Source: Candidatus Dormiibacterota bacterium
GTDB taxonomy: Bacteria; Chloroflexota; Dormibacteria; Aeolococcales; Bog-877
Reading direction: 5' to 3'
NCBI GenBank assembly: GCA_027306655.1
Contig: DAHUZL010000135.1
Coordinates: 6,677-70,676 of the forward strand
DNA: 64,000 bases
The notes below the pieces were generated by a model. That model did no database searches. It was not told where the DNA came from and worked only from the letters and a program-made list of their open reading frames with translations. Shown here piece after piece: positions 44,100 to 52,940 of the stretch; position 1 is the first letter of the stretch; the number at the start of each line of letters is the position of its first letter. The translations under genes were made by a program, and so were the position numbers.

Positions 44100-45827
44100 A
44101 TGACGACGACCCCCACGCGCATGTGGCCGGGAGGCGGCCGCGAGGCGGTCGAGCTCTACACGCGCACCTACCGGACCGTGCTGCGCTCGTCGGGCGAGCT
44201 TCGGCTGCGGGTGCTGGAGTCGGCCCACCGCGGGATGCACTCCTCGCTGCACGCGCTCGCCGACGCCCCGTCGATCGACGCGGGCGCGCTCCTGTATGCG
44301 CTCCGGCGCCTGCCCCCGGTGACGATCGCCCTGCGCCGGGTGATCATGGGCCAGTCCGCCGCGCACATCCAGGCCGCGCTGGGGCGGTCGCTGGAGAACT
44401 GGCCGGTGGTGGCCGCCGCCGGACGGCGGCGGCGCTGGTGGTGGGATGCGGCCACCGGCACCCTCGCCGTGGCGCTGGCCAGCAGCTCCGATGTCGACGA
44501 CCTGGTCCCCACCCTGGTCGCGCTCCAGGTGGAGTGGAACAAGTCCCACCTGGCCCTGGTCGGACTGCGCCCACCCGGGCCCGACCCCGGGGGCGCCTCC
44601 GACATCGTTGCCGCCGCCCGCGCCGCGCTCGACATCGCCGCCGACGACTGGGGCCGGCTGGCGGACTGGTTCGGAGCCGACTTCGCGACCTGGCTGGCGA
44701 CCGTCGCCGCCCGCCCGCTCGACCTCGGGATCCAGCTGCTGGGCGGGACCCAGGTCGGCTACGCGCGGGAGACCCGGGCCTGGTGGGCGCCGATCGGGGC
44801 GACGCTGGCGGCCGAGGGCCTCGACGGCGGGCCCCTCTACTTCGTCAGCAGCAACGCCCACGCGCTGGTCAACCTGCTCTCGGGGGTGGCCCACGACCGG
44901 GCCGACGACATCGACCGCTGGGTGGAGCGATCCGGCGACCCCGAGCTGCATGCGATCCAGGCCGACCTGCGCCGCCCCGAGTCCCGGGGCTCGCGGGAGA
45001 ACTTCCTCTACTACGCGGCCCGGCGCTGGTTCGCCCACGACGCGGCGGCGAAGGCGGATCGCGACCGGACCGAGCGGGCGCGCGGCATCATCCACCTCGA
45101 TCCCCACACCGGCACCAACGTCGCCGCCCAGGTGATCGTGCTCGCCCGCCTGGACGCGGCGCGTCTCGACCCGCGCCTGGGGCTGGGCCCGGAGGAGGCG
45201 GCACGATTGGCCGGCTCCCCGGCGGTGATCGTCAACATCCAGTACCCCCTGGGCCAGGCCGCCTACCACATCCTGCGCCAGGTGCTGGAGGCCAACGAGC
45301 ACGTCGCCGGGGTGTACATCCTGGGCAAGGCGGCGACGCTGAACGCCGACGTCGGCGACGTGATGATCGCGGACGTCGTCCACGACGAGCACAGCGGCAA
45401 CACCTACTGGATCGACAACTGCTTCAGCTTCCAGGAGGTGGCGCCGTTCATGCGGATGGGCTCGGTGCTCGACCGCCAGCGCGCGGTCACGGTGCTGAGC
45501 ACCTTCCTGCAGAATCGGGCCTACCTCGAGTTCTACTACCGCGATGCCTACACGGTGGTGGAGATGGAGGCGGGCCCCTACCTGGGCGCCCTCTACGAGG
45601 CGGGCGAGGCGCAGCGATACCCCACCGGTCAGCAGGTCGACCTGACCCGGCCGTCGATCGACCTGGGGCTGATCCACTACGCGTCCGACACCCCCTACAC
45701 GCAGGCTCGCACGCTCGGCGCGCGCGGCCTCTCGTACCGCGGCATGGACGCGACCTATGCCGGCAGCCTCGCGATCGCGCGGCGGATCCTGGAGCGGTGC
45801 GGGGTGGTCGGGCAGGGCCGGGTGTGA
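44100..45827 (+). CDS. Conserved hypothetical protein. The C-terminal half resembles the nucleoside phosphorylase (PNP/UDP-like) fold.
   Basis: 575 aa, 'VIVNIQYPLGQAAYHILR...GVYILGKAATLNADVGDVMIADVVHDE'. No confident family call. Confidence 0.35.
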   Translation: MTTTPTRMWPGGGREAVELYTRTYRTVLRSSGELRLRVLESAHRGMHSSLHALADAPSIDAGALLYALRRLPPVTIALRRVIMGQSAAHIQAALGRSLENWPVVAAAGRRRRWWWDAATGTLAVALASSSDVDDLVPTLVALQVEWNKSHLALVGLRPPGPDPGGASDIVAAARAALDIAADDWGRLADWFGADFATWLATVAARPLDLGIQLLGGTQVGYARETRAWWAPIGATLAAEGLDGGPLYFVSSNAHALVNLLSGVAHDRADDIDRWVERSGDPELHAIQADLRRPESRGSRENFLYYAARRWFAHDAAAKADRDRTERARGIIHLDPHTGTNVAAQVIVLARLDAARLDPRLGLGPEEAARLAGSPAVIVNIQYPLGQAAYHILRQVLEANEHVAGVYILGKAATLNADVGDVMIADVVHDEHSGNTYWIDNCFSFQEVAPFMRMGSVLDRQRAVTVLSTFLQNRAYLEFYYRDAYTVVEMEAGPYLGALYEAGEAQRYPTGQQVDLTRPSIDLGLIHYASDTPYTQARTLGARGLSYRGMDATYAGSLAIARRILERCGVVGQGRV

Positions 45828-46177
45828 GCGTGCCCCTGGCGAGGGAGCGCTGCGAGGCCTGCAGCGGCCGGACCCCGCCGATCGGGGCCGACGAGCGGTC
45901 GGCCCTGCTCGCGGAGCTCGCTCCCGGGTGGACGGTCGCGGGCGCGCACCTGGGCCGGAGCGTGGCCACCCGGGCCTTCGCGGACGCCTTCGCACTGGCG
46001 ACCCGGATCGCGCTGGTGGCCGAGGCCGCCGGCCACCACCCCACCCTGACCGTGGGCTGGGGCCGGCTGGAGATCGACTGCACCACCCACGCCATCGGGG
46101 CCCTGTCGCGCAACGACTTCCGGCTGGCGGCCCGGATCGACCGCGCCGCCGGCTGGGCGGCCCGCGGGCCGGCCTGA
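45824..46177 (+). CDS. Pterin-4a-carbinolamine dehydratase (PCD/DCoH)
   Basis: 'GHHPTLTVGWGRLEIDCTTHAIGALSRNDFRLAARID'. The GTG start overlaps the upstream stop. The rest of the 834-aa ORF is rejected. Confidence 0.75.
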   Translation: MSVPLARERCEACSGRTPPIGADERSALLAELAPGWTVAGAHLGRSVATRAFADAFALATRIALVAEAAGHHPTLTVGWGRLEIDCTTHAIGALSRNDFRLAARIDRAAGWAARGPA

Positions 46178-46280
46178 CCGCAGCCCCGGGGGGCGGGGCT
46201 CGACCCGACTCGCCCCGGCGGGGGTGGCGGAGGGGGAGGAGGGGGGCACGGGTCCCCGACCGGGGCGCACGGGGAGAGCC

Positions 46281-46317
46281 GTTGGCAAGCTACACTTGCG
46301 TTTGGCAAGCGACACTT
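46281..46317 (+). promoter_or_regulatory. Two 17-bp direct repeats (gTTGGCAAGCtaCACTT / tTTGGCAAGCgaCACTT) spaced 20 bp apart, upstream of the ABC importer
   Basis: Read directly. 15/17 identical. The centre-to-centre spacing is two helical turns, as expected for a dimeric regulator operator. Confidence 0.4.
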
Positions 46318-46356
46318 TCCACTGGCCGACGGCGAAGTGGAGGGAGGGCGAGCGGG

Positions 46357-46413
46357 ATGGAGAGCGACACGTGCCACGGGTGGCGGGCGAAGCCGAGGGA
46401 GGGCGAGCGATGA
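46357..46413 (+). CDS. 18-codon upstream ORF (MESDTCHGWRAKPREGER) translationally coupled (ATGA) to the SBP gene
   Basis: An identical 15-nt purine-rich element, GAGGGAGGGCGAGCG, precedes both the uORF ATG (46340-46354) and the SBP ATG (46395-46409). Confidence 0.3.
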   Translation: MESDTCHGWRAKPREGER

Positions 46414-47408
46414 GGGACGGGTTGAGGCGCGCCGCGATCGCCGCCCTCGGCGGCGTCGCCGTGCTGGGGGCCGTCGCGCTCCCGCTCAGAGGCGCCCGTG
46501 CCAGCACCGTCAGTGCCGCGCACTCCGGCACCGCCGATGTCGCCTACGCCGCCTCCCTGGCCCTGGTCAACGACACCCGGGTCGGGCCGGCCTTCACCCG
46601 CGCCACCGGCTACGCCTACCAGGGCCGGGCGGGCGAGTCGGATGCCCTGGTCCAGGAGATCCGGTCGGGCGAGATCGCTCCCAACGTCCTCATGACGGTC
46701 GGCGGCGGGCCGATCGCCACCGTCGAGCCCCGCTTCACCCGCTGGTATGTGGAGGTGGCGGCCAGCCCGATCGTGGTCGCCTACTCCCCGCACAGCCGGT
46801 ATGCCGCCACCCTGCGGTCGATCGCGCGCGGCGCCACCCCGATCGCCCAGCTCTTCCGGCTCCTGGCCCGTCCCGGATTCCTGCTCGGCCGGACCGACCC
46901 GGCGACCGACCCCCAGGGGCGGGCCTTCGTGCTCATGGTCCGCCTCGCCCAGCGGCAGTTCCACCTTCCCGCCGGGACCGCCGCCGCCGACCTCGGAGGC
47001 CGGAATCCCTCGGCGCAGATCTTCGACGAGGCCTCCCTGGAGGCACGCCTGCAGGCCGGCCAGCTCGACTCCGCCAGCGCCTTCCGGTCGCAGGCGGTCC
47101 AGCTCCATCTCCCCTACATCACCCTTCCGACCGCCATCGACTTCGGCGATCCCGCCGACGCGGCGCTCTACGCCCGCGCGACCCTGCGGGTGGCCGGCAC
47201 GGTGTACCACGGGGAGCCGTTGGTGATCGACATCACCCAGCTGCGGGGGGCGGACCCGGCGGCCGCCATCGCCTTCGTCCGCTTCGTCCTCTCCCCAGCG
47301 GGCCGAGCCCTCTACCGGGGAGCCGGCTACACGCTCCTTCCCGAGCGGATCGTGGGGGATCGGGCCGCGGTCCCGGTGGCGGTCCGGTCGATGGTTGGCG
47401 GCCCGTAG
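46410..47408 (+). CDS. ABC transporter periplasmic substrate-binding protein (molybdate/tungstate/sulfate-type family)
   Basis: Signal peptide 'AALGGVAVLGAVALPL'. It is followed by a CysT/ModB-like permease and a TOBE-domain ATPase. Confidence 0.55.
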   Translation: MRDGLRRAAIAALGGVAVLGAVALPLRGARASTVSAAHSGTADVAYAASLALVNDTRVGPAFTRATGYAYQGRAGESDALVQEIRSGEIAPNVLMTVGGGPIATVEPRFTRWYVEVAASPIVVAYSPHSRYAATLRSIARGATPIAQLFRLLARPGFLLGRTDPATDPQGRAFVLMVRLAQRQFHLPAGTAAADLGGRNPSAQIFDEASLEARLQAGQLDSASAFRSQAVQLHLPYITLPTAIDFGDPADAALYARATLRVAGTVYHGEPLVIDITQLRGADPAAAIAFVRFVLSPAGRALYRGAGYTLLPERIVGDRAAVPVAVRSMVGGP

Positions 47409-48213
47409 CGCGAAGCCGCCGGCGGTGGTGCGCCGGGCCGCGCCCCAGACCGGTCTCGCGGTCGGGTCGGCCCTCCTGGTGTGGGCGGTCCTGCTCGTCC
47501 CGCTGGCGACGCTGGTCGCCCACAGCGCGCCCGGGACCGTGGTTCGGGCGCTGGGCGCTCCGGGCGCCCTGGACCCGCTCTGGGTGTCCTTGGGCGCCAG
47601 CGCGGCCGCGCTGGCCGTCATCGTGGGGGCGGGGACGCCGCTCGGCTGGCTCCTGGCCCGCGACCGGCTGCCGGCCCCCCGGGTGATCGAGGCGGGGCTG
47701 CTGGCCCCCCTCCTGATGCCGCCCTTGGTGATCGGCCTCCTGCTGGTGTTCATGGTGGGCCCCGCCACCCCGGTGGGCGAGCTGCTGCAGCGGGTCGGTC
47801 TCTCCGCCACCAACACCTTCCTGGCCGTCGTGATCGCCGAGATCTACGAGGCTGCGCCGTACTACGTGCTCGGGGTGCAGGCGGCGGTGGCGGGCGTCGA
47901 TCGGGAGCTGGAGGTGGAGGCGGAGCTGCTCGGAGACGGCGCCTGGCGGCGCTGGCGGCGCGTCACCCTGCCCCTGGCCGCCCCCGGGCTCGCCAGCGCG
48001 CTCGCGATCACCTGGGCCCGAGCCATCGGTGCCTTCGGAGCCGTCATCATCGTGGCCTACCATCCTTTCGGGCTCCCCCTCCAGATCTGGACGTCGCTGC
48101 AGGAGACCGGCCTCCCGTCCGCCCTCCCCTTCGCCCTGCTCCTGGTGGTGGTGGCCCTCCCGCTCCCGGTCGCCGCCTATGTCTGGAGCGCCCGTGCTCG
48201 ACGTCGACGTTGA
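47395..48213 (+). CDS. ABC transporter permease (CysTW/ModB family)
   Basis: EAA-like loop 'EAELLGDGAWRRWRRVTLPLAAPGL'. Six TM segments. Confidence 0.7.
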   Translation: MAARSAKPPAVVRRAAPQTGLAVGSALLVWAVLLVPLATLVAHSAPGTVVRALGAPGALDPLWVSLGASAAALAVIVGAGTPLGWLLARDRLPAPRVIEAGLLAPLLMPPLVIGLLLVFMVGPATPVGELLQRVGLSATNTFLAVVIAEIYEAAPYYVLGVQAAVAGVDRELEVEAELLGDGAWRRWRRVTLPLAAPGLASALAITWARAIGAFGAVIIVAYHPFGLPLQIWTSLQETGLPSALPFALLLVVVALPLPVAAYVWSARARRRR

Positions 48214-49240
48214 GGTGCCCCGGCGGCAGTTCCCGGTCGTCGCCGCGCTCACCGTGGGGGCGGGCGAGCGGCTCGCTCTCCACGGCCCCTCGGGGGCGGG
48301 CAAGACGACCGTCCTGGAGGCGATCGCCGGTCTGGCGACGGTGCGGCGGGGCACCATCCGGCTCGGACCCCGGGTGCTCACCCGGACCGATCCGCCGCCG
48401 CTCCAGGTCCCGGTGCGGGAGCGCCGGGTCGGGCTCCTCCGCCAGCGGGCGCTGCTCTTCCCCCACCTCACGGTGGCGCAGAACCTGGGCTATGCCGCGA
48501 CCGGGCCGGACGGCCGCCCCGGAGGGGCGGCGGGGGAGTGGCTCCGCACCCTGGTCGGGGTGCTGCGCCTGGAGGGGCTGCTCGCCGCCCGCCCCGCCGC
48601 CCTCTCGGGCGGCCAGGCGCAGCGGGCGGCGCTGGCCCGGGTGCTGGCCAGCGATCACGAGGTCCTCCTGCTCGACGAACCCCTGACCGGCCAGGACCCC
48701 GGTCTGCGCCACGAGCTCCGGGCCGCGCTCGGCGAGCTCCTCGCCCGACGTCCGATCCCGGCCATCCTCGTCAGCCACGACCTTGACGAGGCCCAGTCGT
48801 TCGGCGATAGGGTGGGCGTCCTCGACCAGGGCCGGCTGCTCCAGGTGGGGCCGCCCGACCATCTGGTTCGGCGGCCGGCGACCCGGCGGGTCGCCGAGCT
48901 GGTCGGGTACTCGGCGGTGGTGCCTGCCGCGCGCTGCGCCCGCGGGGCCGGACTCCCCGGCGGCTCGGTGGCGGTCCATCCCGACCGGGTGGTCCGGGGC
49001 GACCACCCGGACCGCGGGCCGGCGCTGCGCGGCCGCGTCGCCAGCGCGGCTCCGAGCGGGGCCGGGTGGACCATCGGGCTCCAGCTCGACGACGGGGCCC
49101 GGGCCCGGGTCCGGCTCCCGGACCGGGTGGCGCCGGGAGAGCCCCTCACCGTGACCCTGCTCGACCCCCCGTGCTTCGACCCGGACGGCGCCCTCGCCGA
49201 CGACCGGCGCCACCCCGCGGCCGCTGGTGCCGGTGGCTGA
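48179..49240 (+). CDS. ABC transporter ATP-binding protein with a C-terminal TOBE/Mop-like domain
   Basis: Walker A 'GPSGAGKTT', signature 'LSGGQAQRAALAR', Walker B 'LLLDEP'. The start is either the ATG at 48179 or the GTG at 48193. Confidence 0.8.
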   Translation: MSGAPVLDVDVEVPRRQFPVVAALTVGAGERLALHGPSGAGKTTVLEAIAGLATVRRGTIRLGPRVLTRTDPPPLQVPVRERRVGLLRQRALLFPHLTVAQNLGYAATGPDGRPGGAAGEWLRTLVGVLRLEGLLAARPAALSGGQAQRAALARVLASDHEVLLLDEPLTGQDPGLRHELRAALGELLARRPIPAILVSHDLDEAQSFGDRVGVLDQGRLLQVGPPDHLVRRPATRRVAELVGYSAVVPAARCARGAGLPGGSVAVHPDRVVRGDHPDRGPALRGRVASAAPSGAGWTIGLQLDDGARARVRLPDRVAPGEPLTVTLLDPPCFDPDGALADDRRHPAAAGAGG

Positions 49241-50378
49241 GCGCGCCCGGGTCCGGCTGCTCCGGCTGGCCCGGGGGCTCTCCCAGGACCAGCTGGCGCG
49301 GGAGGCGGGCATCTCGCGCCAGGCCGTCACCGGGATCGAGAGCGGACGCTGGGACCCCTCGATCCGGGTGGCCCTCGCGATCGCGCGGGCTCTCCGCGCC
49401 CCGGTGGAGGACCTGTTCGAGGGCCCGCCGCCCCTGTCGCCTGTCGAGGCGCTCCTCCCGCCCGGGACCGAGACGGCGGCCGGGGGTCGGCTGCGCCTCG
49501 CCGAGGTCGGGGGGCGCCTGGTCGCGCTGCCGCTCTCCGGCGCCGGCGCCTCGACGCTCGGCTTCGAGCCGGCCGACGCGCTGCGCGGCCCGGGCGAGCC
49601 GGTCCCCCTGAGGGCCCCGACGGAGTCCGCCGGCCCTCCGCCCCGGCGGGCGATGGTCCAGCCCCTCGGGCTGCGCCGACCCACCCTCCTCGTCGCCGGG
49701 TGCGACCCGGCGCTCGCCCTCCTGGCCGGACCCCTGCGTCAGCTCGACCCGCCGGTGGAGCTGGTGTGGTGGCCCTGCGGGAGCGTCCGGGCCCTGGCGC
49801 TGGCGGAAGCCGGGCTGGTGCACGTTGCGGGCGCCCACCTCCGAGACCGCGCCGGCTCCTACAACCGGGTCGGCCCCGCGACCGTGCTGGCGGCCGTCGG
49901 CGGGGAGATCGTGGGGTTCGCCCGCTGGCGCCAGGGGTGGGCCCTCTCACCCGAGCTGGGGCCGCTCGACGACCCGCTCGCCGCCGCCGCCCAGCGCGGT
50001 CTCCGGCTGGTCAACCGCGAGGCGGGCGCCGAGGCGCGCCGCCTCCTCGACCGCGAGCGCCGCCATCTCGGGATCGACCCCGGCCAGCTCTCCGGCTACC
50101 GCACCGAGCTGCCGGGGCATCTCCCGGTGGCGGCCGCTGTGGCGACCGGGCTGGCCGATCTCGGCATCACCACCGAGCCCGCCGCTCTCAGCCTGGGCCT
50201 CGCCTTCGACCCGCTCACCGCGGAGCGATTCGACCTCGTGCTCCCCCGCACCACCACCGGCTCGGTGGCGGTGCAGGGGCTTCTCCGCGTCCTCGGTGGG
50301 CGGGAGATGCGGGGCCAGCTGGAGGCGCTCCCCGGCTACGACGCCAGCGTCCTTGGGAGCGCGGTCGCCAGCTTCTGA
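49227..50378 (+). CDS. XRE-type HTH regulator fused to a periplasmic-binding-protein-like (substrate-binding) domain
   Basis: 'LRLARGLSQDQLAREAGISRQAVTGIESGRWDPSIRVALAIARAL' HTH, followed by about 290 aa resembling an SBP fold. It overlaps the ATPase end. Confidence 0.5.
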   Translation: MPVAERARVRLLRLARGLSQDQLAREAGISRQAVTGIESGRWDPSIRVALAIARALRAPVEDLFEGPPPLSPVEALLPPGTETAAGGRLRLAEVGGRLVALPLSGAGASTLGFEPADALRGPGEPVPLRAPTESAGPPPRRAMVQPLGLRRPTLLVAGCDPALALLAGPLRQLDPPVELVWWPCGSVRALALAEAGLVHVAGAHLRDRAGSYNRVGPATVLAAVGGEIVGFARWRQGWALSPELGPLDDPLAAAAQRGLRLVNREAGAEARRLLDRERRHLGIDPGQLSGYRTELPGHLPVAAAVATGLADLGITTEPAALSLGLAFDPLTAERFDLVLPRTTTGSVAVQGLLRVLGGREMRGQLEALPGYDASVLGSAVASF

Positions 50379-50421
50379 CCATGGCGCGCGGCCGCGGCGC
50401 GCGGCCGCGGCCGCGGCCTCC

Positions 50422-51711
50422 TCAGGCGACCGGCCCGGTGGCCAGGGTCACCGTCCCGTGGTACCGCGTCGGCCCCGCGAGCCAGTTCAGGGCCAGCCGC
50501 TGGCCGGGCCGCCGGCCGACGATGATCGCCCGCAGGGCGCCCCGGGAGGTGATCGGGTGGCCGGCGGCGGAGGTGATGACGTCGCCCGGCTGCAGCCCGA
50601 GCTGGGCCGCGGGGGTTCCCGGCACCACCGCCAGCACCAGGGCGCCCGGGGTCTGGGGCACGGTCCCCACCCCGCCGTCGCCGCCGAAGCCGGGGATCCC
50701 ACCGTTCAGGCCGGGCCCGCTGGTGCTCACGTCGACGCCGAGGAATGCGGGAGGCGTGCGGAGGATCGCGGCGCTCTGGGTGCCGCGCTGGATCGACCCG
50801 ACCACGCTGGTGACCCGTCCGGACGGGATCGCGAAGGCGATGGTGCTGGTCTGCGCCGAGAAGGGCGTGGTGGCGGCGGCGGTGTCCATCCCCACCACGT
50901 CACCGGAGGCGTCGACCAGCGGGCCGCCGGAGTCGCCCCGGGCCAGGCGGGCGTTGGTCTGCAGCATCCCGGTGAGGTGCTCGGAGGAGCTCTGCCCGTT
51001 GCTGGCGGTGACCGGCCGGTCGAGGGCAACGATGGTCCCGGAGCTCACCGCCGGGGTGCCGCCCAGCCCGTACGCGTTGCCGATGGCCACCACCGGCTCG
51101 CCCACGCGGACATCGACCGGGTTGGCGAAGGTGACGGTCGGCAGGCCGCTGGCCCCCTCCATCTGGAGCAGGGCGATGTCCCGGGAGGGGTCGACGGCGA
51201 TCACCCGGGCGGCGTAGGAGCGGTGCTGCGCGGGGACCTCGACGCTGACCGAGGTCGACCCCTGGACCACGTGGTTGTTGGTGACGACCTCGCCCCTGGA
51301 GGTCACGATCATGCCCGTCCCGGCGGAGGTGCCGGTCCCGCCCAGTTCCAGCACCTGGGCGGTGACGTCGACCACGGCGGGCTCCACCCGGGCGGCGACC
51401 GCGGCGGCGTCGATCCCCCCGGTGGTGACCGCCGGGGTGTGCGACCCGGAGGCGATCGACAGCTGGGGGGACGGGCCGCCCCCGATCCGGGTGACCTGCT
51501 CGCCGGCGACGACCAGGCCGCCCCCGACGATGGCGGCGGCGGCCAGGGCGGCCGGGAGGCGGAGGCGATGACGGCGGCGGCGGGCGGTCTCGTGGTCGCC
51601 GGCCGGGGACCAGGCGTCGGGATCACCGGGCTCGGCCTGCTCGGCCGGGTCGGCCGGCGGAACGCCGCCGGCTGATCCCTCGGGGGCGTAGGGGGTTGGC
51701 TCGTCGGTCAT
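50422..51711 (-). CDS. HtrA/DegP-family trypsin-like serine protease with a PDZ domain
   Basis: 'GTGMIVTSRGEVVTNNHVV' (His), 'DIALLQ' (Asp), 'GDSGGPLVD' (Ser). A C-terminal PDZ-like region is present. The start is at 'MTDEPTPY'. Confidence 0.8.
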   Translation of the reverse strand: MTDEPTPYAPEGSAGGVPPADPAEQAEPGDPDAWSPAGDHETARRRRHRLRLPAALAAAAIVGGGLVVAGEQVTRIGGGPSPQLSIASGSHTPAVTTGGIDAAAVAARVEPAVVDVTAQVLELGGTGTSAGTGMIVTSRGEVVTNNHVVQGSTSVSVEVPAQHRSYAARVIAVDPSRDIALLQMEGASGLPTVTFANPVDVRVGEPVVAIGNAYGLGGTPAVSSGTIVALDRPVTASNGQSSSEHLTGMLQTNARLARGDSGGPLVDASGDVVGMDTAAATTPFSAQTSTIAFAIPSGRVTSVVGSIQRGTQSAAILRTPPAFLGVDVSTSGPGLNGGIPGFGGDGGVGTVPQTPGALVLAVVPGTPAAQLGLQPGDVITSAAGHPITSRGALRAIIVGRRPGQRLALNWLAGPTRYHGTVTLATGPVA

Positions 51712-51792
51712 GGTCGTCCTCCTTGGGGACGGGGTCTGGGTCGGGGGAATCCGGTGATGGGCCCTGTCGTGGAGTCTGACCGCGGATGCTGT

Positions 51793-51890
51793 GAGTCGCA
51801 TGAGGAGCCGGTGAGTCGGTCCTCACGCTGACCGGGCGCCGACCCGCCCTGCCTTGATGAGGCCGATCTCAGCCCGCTCTCATGCGACTC
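51793..51890. promoter_or_regulatory. 12-bp perfect inverted repeat GAGTCGCATGAG ... CTCATGCGACTC (arms 51793-51804 and 51879-51890, 74-nt spacer) in the htrA/apbE divergent region
   Basis: Read directly. Extending the arms gives 15/16 matches. The spacer contains an additional GTGAG/CTCAC mini-hairpin. Confidence 0.4.
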
Positions 51891-51916
51891 CAATCCGGGC
51901 CGCCCAGACTGGGCAC

Positions 51917-52909
51917 ATGGCCGCTCCCCTCACCCGCCACCTCCCCCGCGCCGACCCCGGGCACCGACCCGGGGTCGGCGATCACCTGGCCGCGATCGAA
52001 TGGCCCGCCCTGGGGTCCACCGCGCGCGTCGTCGTGACCGAGCCCGGGGCGCTGGAGCCAGCGCTCCGGCAGGTGGTCGCGACGATGGACCGTGTCGCGG
52101 CCGCCGCCGGCCGGTTCCAGCCGGACAGCGAGCTCCGCCACCTCCAGGAGGCGGACGGGGGCTGGTGTCGGGTGTCCGTGACCCTGCGGGCGCTGCTCGC
52201 GACCGCGCTGGAGGGGGCCCGCCGGACCGGAGGGCTGGTGGACCCCACCGTCGGCCCCACCCTGGTCGCGCTCGGATACGACGAGGACCTGGAGCGCGGC
52301 GGGCGGGCCCCGCGGCGGCGCCCCGCGGAACCGGGTGGCGCCGCGGTCGCGGGATGGCGGTCGGTGGAGATGGTGGGCGACCTCGTGCGGGTGCCGCCCG
52401 GGATGCTCCTCGATCTCGGCGCCACCGCCAAGGCCTGGTGCGCGGACCGGGCCGCGACGATGGCCGCGCGGGTGAGCGGGGCCGGGGTGCTGGTGGGCCT
52501 GGGGGGCGATGTCGCGACGGCCGGCGCGGTCCCGGAGGGCGGGTGGATCGTGCGGGTCGCCGAGGACCATCGGTGGGAGGATCCCTCCGCCCCCACCCTC
52601 GCCGTTCGCTGGGGCGGGGTGGCCACCTCCTCGACCCTGCGCCGCCGCTGGTGGTGCGGCGACCGCGCCGTCCACCACATCGTGGACCCGCGCACCGGCG
52701 ACGCGGCCGCGGGACCCTGGCGCACGGCCACCGTCGCCGCCGGCAGCTGCGCCGTCGCCAGCACCATGGCCGTGGCCGCGATCGTCGCCGGGGCGGGCGC
52801 CCCCGCGCTGCTCGCCGCGGCGCGCCTGCCGGCGCGGCTCATCGCCGGCGACGGCACGGTCCTCCGCTGCGGCGGCTGGCCCGGCCCGCCGACCGGTCCC
52901 CGCGGCTGA
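51917..52909 (+). CDS. apbE: FAD:protein FMN transferase (ApbE family)
   Basis: 'LLDLGATAKAW' and 'VHHIVDPRTG'. Confidence 0.75.
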   Translation: MAAPLTRHLPRADPGHRPGVGDHLAAIEWPALGSTARVVVTEPGALEPALRQVVATMDRVAAAAGRFQPDSELRHLQEADGGWCRVSVTLRALLATALEGARRTGGLVDPTVGPTLVALGYDEDLERGGRAPRRRPAEPGGAAVAGWRSVEMVGDLVRVPPGMLLDLGATAKAWCADRAATMAARVSGAGVLVGLGGDVATAGAVPEGGWIVRVAEDHRWEDPSAPTLAVRWGGVATSSTLRRRWWCGDRAVHHIVDPRTGDAAAGPWRTATVAAGSCAVASTMAVAAIVAGAGAPALLAAARLPARLIAGDGTVLRCGGWPGPPTGPRG

Positions 52910-52940
52910 CCTCGGGCGCCCCCGGAGTCGTCGGAGCCGG

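Noticed and set aside
43673-45823. The 5' part of the 834-aa + ORF ending at 46177
   Set aside because: Frame-shadow across the SDR and 575-aa genes. Only the terminal ~117 codons (PCD) are real.
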